The position numbers and the translations under genes were made by a program. From the NCBI GenBank assembly GCA_964035545.1, contig CAXIUT010000304.1, positions 1 through 16,466 of the forward strand: a stretch of 16,466 nt of DNA. The letters are read 5' to 3'. This document shows, in pieces, positions 10,814-16,466 of this stretch. The DNA is from Bugula neritina (Eukaryota > Animalia > Bryozoa). The notes under the pieces are model-generated. The model did not search any database. It had not been told where the DNA came from and was given only the letters and a program-made list of their open reading frames with translations. Within the stretch, counting starts at the first letter, position 1; every line of letters starts with the position of its first letter.

Positions 10814-12813
10814 TCATCTTTCGAGTAGAAGTTACCACCATGATACTCTTTGATTGGTTGGTTTGCTCATTACTAATTATAAATATTTTTATATTCCTTT
10901 TCCATTTGGGTCAGCAAAAGGAGATCCGATAACTACATCATCAGGACTGATAAGTAAAAGTAACTAAAGACTTATCTTTTAAAGTTGTTACGATAGTTCT
11001 CCCATAAGCTGTTCTATCAAAGGGTGAGAAGTGATATCTAGGAATTAGTCTGTTCGATAGAGAGATAGCATCCATAGTTGAGTGATTATTTGAAGTAAGT
11101 TTTTGTTGGCTTTATTTTTGGCTTAAGCGATTCCTTATTTCATGACAGTGAGCATAGCAAGATCACCATAGATGATGGCTATTTATCTTCCTAGAAAGAC
11201 TTGTGAGTTATTCCAGATATCCATTAGAGGTAGTTTCTTTCCTTTCAGTTAAAGCATTCTCATTCCTGTTGCTTATATTTTTCTTATTAGTTTATATTGC
11301 ATAAATTCAATAGCTTTATCTATTGACAGTAGATTCTCTCGATTGATTTATATTAGATCTGATGGAGCCTATATATTGAATATTATACATCACTTAGAAA
11401 TTTAAGGAGAGAGTTTTTTGTTTATTTTCCCTTTTGCATTACTTTTTGAGCCTATTCCAAGACATATTTGGTGGTTTGTTGAATGAGGACATGATTATCT
11501 CCTTCCCATGTGAGGTTAACATCATTATCATTGTAGAGGGTACCTAGTTTGCTGTAGCTTGAGTATCCATGCCCGCCCATAGCAGTCCTACATTCTCTAA
11601 TGCAATCAGAAGTGAACCAACTGGTTCTGGCTTTCATTATTGAAGAAATTGCATGATGTTACTCAACCTATGAATCTTTTTCTTCAATGCTTTTTACAGC
11701 ATTTTTGTCACTTATTGAGACAAAATAGACATAAGATCGGTATTGTACGATATTAGTTGCTAGAAGAGGCATTAATCTTCTTTTCATCAAAGGATATGAT
11801 ATCAGTTTTCTTTATTAACTATCTTTTGGACCTTTGAATTGTCTTCTTTAATTGGCATATCTGATAGCTATGGTAAGTGCTTGTAAAGATATGGCTGAGC
11901 AGTTTCCAGCTATAGATATTCTTCCTCCTGATAGAGCTCCTAATTGTATTCCGAACCTTTAATTTTAATTGGTAAACTTAGTAGTAAATTATCCTTTTTA
12001 ATTGACTCCTGATAATCTATCTAAAAGATTATCTTTGGGTATTCTAACTTTATCGAAGAGCATAAAGCCATTGTCAACACCATTCATACCTCCTTTATGT
12101 CCACAATCTCCAGCTAGTACTCCAGGTAGTAAATTATATGTCTATCTATCTCTGATGGGAACGATAAAAGCATGAATTCCATATGATTTATTTTAGATTA
12201 TCAGTTGTGCCCAAATTAGACTCATAGTGGCTGTTTTGGCTGCTCCTCCTATCCAGAACTTCATGGCTTATTTAGTTGGAGAATTAATGATGAATTATTT
12301 AGTTGCGTGATCATAGTGGGCTTAAGTTTGCATTCCTTTGACGTTAGAGCCATGGTTTATTTATGTTAATCCAAAACAACCAATGTCTTTCAAACTAAAG
12401 GCACGAATAACTTTTTATTAATGTTTTTCTGTTCCTAAGGTATAAATAGCTCTGGCATAGAGATAGTTATGAACTCCTCCTAAAATTATGACATTCATAT
12501 CACTGAAAGCTAAACCATGACCATATGGAGTTACTTTTATATTGGCACTTGTGTTTAGTTTATGCACTTATGATAATTCAGGATTATTTAAAGTTGATAT
12601 AACTAGTTTATCGAAGGTTTTGCTTCGAATTTAATCAAGAGTGTAATCATTTAGGTGAAAATGATCTTGGAGAACTTTATTTTTATGGATTACTTACCAA
12701 GCCAATTCTCTATTTTTATAAAACTATCCAAAAAGAATAGTTTTTAGTTCATGGGCATCCAAAGATTGAGAAGAAGAGGTCAAAGCTGTTTGAAGTTGAA
12801 GTAGTCTGTTCAT
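10814..12813 (-). CDS. ACOX: Peroxisomal-type acyl-CoA oxidase (~659 aa); 20-nt intron 11369..11388
   Basis: ATG 12813. Motifs GCFGLT[TAA]INHGSNV, FIINSPT..AMKFWIGG, GIHAFIVPIRD, GDCGHKGGMNGVDNG, CRTAMGGHGYS and catalytic TWEGDNHVL. TGA at 10816-10814. Confidence 0.95.
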
Positions 12814-12867
12814 AGATTTAATATTTTATTAGGATTAATATGATGTCATATAAATAAACTTGATTTA

Positions 12868-13730
12868 TCACATGAAATGTCCATATTATAAGCTAGGTTT
12901 TAGAATATTTTAGTTCATTATTAATTCTTGTCGAATTTAGTTATTTCTTTTATTGACCAGAATATCATGATAGTTCATTCCATCAGATCTGACAAGTACG
13001 AGATTCATTTATTTCCATTCCCAGTAGAAAGATAAAACCCATAGTAGTCCAATAGTTACTGTATTCCATTCAACTATATTTACATATTTATCTGTTTTGC
13101 TTTCATATTCAAGATAAGAATAGCTTCTGGAAGATTCCTATAAAATAGAAACAATTATGATCATGGCTAAGCAGTACATCCAAAGAGCAACTAAGTAATA
13201 GGCTAGCAATTGCTTCCAAAATAGACTTGTTCGACTTATTGTTCTGGGATCATAATGATGGAGTTTTGTCAAAAAGATTGTCACCTAGATTGATAGATTC
13301 ATACTTCTATGACAGATAGAATCAGGATGAGAAAAAATATGACTGCACAAGGACTATGCAATGGTCCTGTACCTTTCTCATCGATAGTGCCTATAGTAAC
13401 CCCATAGAAACCGATTGAAACCAATGTTGTATAGAATAGAGTCTTTGATACACTTTTATCGAATTGTGAATCTTTGGATACTTTTTCAATCCATTTGAAA
13501 ATCATGAAGTAGATAAGAGCGAGGATGGAGGATGCTATAAGCATGAAATATCTGAATACTATGTCTTGAGGGTAATGGCAGGCTGTTTGAGTGATTGTTG
13601 CTGCTGGGAAGGGTTTTTCTTGGTGTTGTGAGACTGCTTTATGGTTGGAATAGAAAGGAGTGAGGATCATGATGGGGACATAGAAGAGAACTAAATATCC
13701 TACGTTGAGTTTTCCTTTATTTGAAGTCAT
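12868..13730 (-). CDS. Frag1/DRAM/Sfk1 (CWH43 N-terminal-like) six-helix membrane protein (~280 aa); 20-nt intron 13285..13304
   Basis: The track ORF's terminal TGA lies inside the intron GTATGAATCTATCAATCTAG, and the spliced frame continues to TGA 12870-12868. Motifs P.ATITQTACHYPQDIVFR, LHSPCAVIFF and IVEW are typical of this family. Confidence 0.72.
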
Positions 13731-14192
13731 AAATTGATAATCATAGTGATAAAGTAGAATGTAATCAATAAATATGTTAATAAATCAGATAACTTAGGCA
13801 TTCTTTTAGTTTTTTATGATTAGTTTGTTGAATTGGGGCTTTTTTATCAAATAAAACAGTATTCTGGGAGGTAATATGTTTTTGTCTACTTTTAGTAAGA
13901 TGGGAAAATACTTTTAATTCTGTCTAAATATATTGTAATTTTTATCAGAAGAATGAATTTCGTTCTAAATAATATTAAATACCGATATAAACCTCTTTTA
14001 TTTTCATTTTATTGAGACCCACTACATCAATAAAATAAATAAATTCAAAATGAAATAAGCATCAGCCTTTCTTATTGACGGTTTGAAATCTTGATAGTTA
14101 ATCTTATTTGAGTTTGGTTTATTTTTGAATTGAGGTGATTGATCTATTAATGCAACAGCAAAAACTGATTCAAATATCAATTAATCAAAGAG

Positions 14193-14612
14193 ATGCAAAA
14201 AGTGCTTCAATGTCTCTGCCTAACAGGCACTGCTTACAACTCAGCTTACTGCATTGATACTTGGCATGCATGTGAGGCCTGTGGCTTGGCCTACCTCTAT
14301 TGTGATGCTTGCTGCTGGACCTTATGTGCTCCTATCTGCATTGAGTGCAAGCTCGGAGATACTTCTGCTGCTTGTTCTAACTGCAGTAAGGGACTCAGGT
14401 ATTGCCTCTTTTCATGCGCTTTGGACTTCGTTGCTTGCGCTGATGGATGCATTAACTGTGTCAAGGTGATTGGAATTATCTGTGACTCTGGAATCAAGGG
14501 ATATTCTGATATGACAAAGAACGCCAAGTTTTGCCATGATAAAGTGAAGGACTGTTTGGGCTTGGAGACAGGAAACGAGCCAGACAAATCGATGGCAACC
14601 TATACCCCGTGA
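14193..14612 (+). CDS. Small cysteine-rich protein of unknown function (139 aa, 21 Cys)
   Basis: Intact ATG..TGA ORF, visibly more GC-rich than its AT-rich flanks, with no TAA/TAG codons and repeated CxxC/CxxxC spacing. Confidence 0.85.
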   Translation: MQKVLQCLCLTGTAYNSAYCIDTWHACEACGLAYLYCDACCWTLCAPICIECKLGDTSAACSNCSKGLRYCLFSCALDFVACADGCINCVKVIGIICDSGIKGYSDMTKNAKFCHDKVKDCLGLETGNEPDKSMATYTP

Positions 14613-14697
14613 TCCATCAATCTATTTGCAAATTCTTTCATTATTTGATAAATGTAACGTATCTAGTGATGAAGTAATCTAAATATAATTTCCATTT

Positions 14698-15381
14698 ATG
14701 ACATCAATTGGTAACTCACCTTCTATAGGGGACCTTTCTTTCAAACTGACAGAAAACATGATTATTTCTTAATCTCAACTGAAGCAGAACCACGTAAATG
14801 ATTCTTTGAACTACAGTTAGTCTAAAATATCTATTCAGGATCATGTTTAATAAAAATCAGACAAATTGTTACCTTTGGTTTAGTATTCAGGATTGTATAA
14901 AAACATTTCTTTTAAAACTATGTCTACTGGTATAACATAGAATTCTAAAATAAAGCAGGCATCTAAAGTATCATTGAGATCTAAAATAAGTTCTTCTAGA
15001 AAATGTTAATAAAGAACAGTTATTAACAAAATATTATCTAATCATTGTATTAATTTTACGAGAAGGGAGTTATAGAAGAAAAGTGAAAAGGAAATAGATG
15101 ATTCTTCTAATACTGTACTAATTAAAACAAAATAGAACAAACCTAGATGTTATTCTAACAGATAATTGCCTTCACTTAAAAAGAAGTAAAAGATAACTAA
15201 TATGGATTTATCACTAATGTGTATGAAGGTAAGGCCGATAACTCTTTAAAATAACTAATTGAGGTAAAAAAAGTATTTGAGAAAAATAACATAAAAAAGA
15301 AATAATGTTGTACATGCTCTTGAATAAGTTATCGAGTGTACTCCTCTTTGTAGTACTAAAAAAAATTATAAACGTCATTGA
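14698..15381 (+). CDS. Hypothetical Lys/Ser-rich protein (227 aa)
   Basis: ATG 14698 to TGA 15379-15381 with no internal TGA under TAR=Glu. It fills the gap between neighbouring genes. No recognisable domain. Confidence 0.6.
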
Positions 15382-15441
15382 TTATCATATTTGTCAATTA
15401 TTTTCTTTTATATATCTATATCTATCTATCATTTATCTCTA

Positions 15442-16296
15442 TCATTTATTTCTTATTGATTTTCTGCTTGAATGACTGGTTTATATTTTCTTTTCGATAC
15501 TTTTGTTTGTTTTGTTGACGCCTATTTTGAATCCTAGAGCTTTTGAGTATTTTTTCAATAGTTATTTTTTTATTGTTTATGCTGTTGTCACTATTCTATC
15601 TCTTTATTTTTATAATCTTTCATTTCTTCTATCAAAAACACTCAAACTGAATAATATCTATCTAACAAGTTTTCCTTTGCTTCTGTTTTATGGAAAGATT
15701 AGTTTTGTGTGTTCTAAAAGGATAGTTTATAGTTATTTTTATCTTTAAATTGATTTTCTTTTTTAGTTATTCTTTTTTATATTTTAGTTTATTGCTTGAT
15801 AGATTGCTTTATACTTTTTCTTCCAAATTTATATCTTATTTAGTTATCCATAGAGCATGTTGATGGTACTTTCCATGAGTCCTGATCGTCGATTATCAAG
15901 TTATATTTTTTACATATTAAGGATGAATTTGTGAAGCAGCCACTGTGTTTCTAAGACATTGGCTGTTTAGAAGTATAATCCTAGAGTTTAGTTGCAGTAG
16001 TCGCAATGTGCAAGTTGTAGATGAAGATAGAGGAAGGGTTCTTAGGTGTTAAATATTTAGTTTTAGGGTTCAATAAGGAGTGAGTAGTCATCATAGTTGG
16101 CCATAGTTAGAAAATGGTTGCCAAATCTGTAATTGGAGATATCTATGTTGAGGTACTATTATGCACATTGAAGAGGAGCGATGACGAATCCACAGGTTTT
16201 GCATATGATTTGAGAGAATCCTTAGTAGCATAGTTCTAGGTGGTATAGTTTTGATGGGTGTTGCTTTCTTTTTTGTTTTAGAGTTTATTTTAACAT
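15442..16296 (-). CDS. Yippee/Mis18-like zinc-binding protein with C-terminal charged coiled coil (284 aa)
   Basis: ATG 16296 to TGA 15444-15442 is open under TAR=Glu. IICKTCG...AHCDYCNETLGLYFE...KFILNMEKI matches the paired CxxC plus LGxxY/KFI pattern of the Yippee-Mis18 fold. Confidence 0.7.
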
Positions 16297-16379
16297 TGAT
16301 TATAGCAAGAGATGGAACTAATATTAGTCATTGTAACATAATCAATATGAATTATACCTATATTTAGTCATAAAATTGT

Positions 16380-16466
16380 GGGGTTGGGGTTGGGGTTGGG
16401 GTTGGGGTTGGGGTTGGGGTTGGGGTTGGGGTTGGGGTTGGGGTTGGGGTTGGGGTTGGGGTTGGG
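16380..16466 (+). repeat. Telomere, (GGGGTT)n, about 14.5 perfect units
   Basis: Uninterrupted GGGGTT hexamers run to the end of the sequence with the G-rich strand 5'->3' outward. This is the Tetrahymena-type telomeric repeat. Confidence 0.98.

Noticed and set aside
13826-13846. TTGGGG in the longest intergenic gap as a telomerase RNA template or internal telomeric seed
   Set aside because: It is a single hexamer (AATTGGGGCT) without the extra alignment bases (CAACCCCAA) needed for a template, and is expected by chance.
13986-13999. ATAAACCTCTTTT resembling the Tetrahymena chromosome breakage sequence
   Set aside because: It lacks the AAACCAACCTC core, and Cbs elements are removed from macronuclear DNA.
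15409-15450. Short imperfect (TATC)n-like tract
   Set aside because: Low-complexity intergenic sequence, too short and degenerate to call as a repeat element.
3125-15748. Track ORFs 3125..3313, 7062..7259, 8793..8987, 9122..9361, 14254..14469, 14297..14587 and 15503..15748 as separate genes
   Set aside because: They are antisense or off-frame shadows of larger genes that appear once TAR is read as Glu. None shows recognisable motifs.
1-16296. Standard ciliate code (TAR=Gln) and Tetrahymena/Paramecium identity
   Set aside because: TAR maps to conserved Glu, not Gln. The 20-nt introns are unlike Tetrahymena, and the pure GGGGTT tract lacks the GGGTTT variants of Paramecium tetraurelia.
15800-16331. 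Long alternative open frame from ATG 16331 overlapping the Yippee/Mis18-like gene
   Set aside because: With only one stop codon and a G-poor strand, long spurious frames are expected. The conserved CxxC motifs are in the 16296 frame.

Overview
This is the telomere-capped right end of an AT-rich, gene-dense macronuclear chromosome from a ciliate, most likely a peritrich oligohymenophorean. The supplied ORF track uses the standard code and is misleading. TAA and TAG occur in frame throughout the genes and fall on conserved glutamate positions, so TAR=Glu (NCBI table 30) and TGA is the only stop. Re-read by hand with that code, the window holds about 12 genes: DRC11/IQCA1 (5' part), a hypothetical gene, a tesmin/TSO1 CXC protein, a membrane + PX-domain protein, an ODA-DC2/CCDC114-like coiled coil, a ZnF-UBP ubiquitin protease, a complete telomerase reverse transcriptase (TERT, ~1096 aa), acyl-CoA oxidase, a Frag1/DRAM/Sfk1-like membrane protein, a 139-aa Cys-rich protein, a second hypothetical gene and a Yippee/Mis18-like protein. 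It ends in (GGGGTT)n. Seven inferred introns are exactly 20 nt (GTAY...YAG). Three adjacent genes (~3.1-6.7 kb) carry repeated single-base frame switches, most likely consensus indels. Family calls come from motif recognition, not from database searches.
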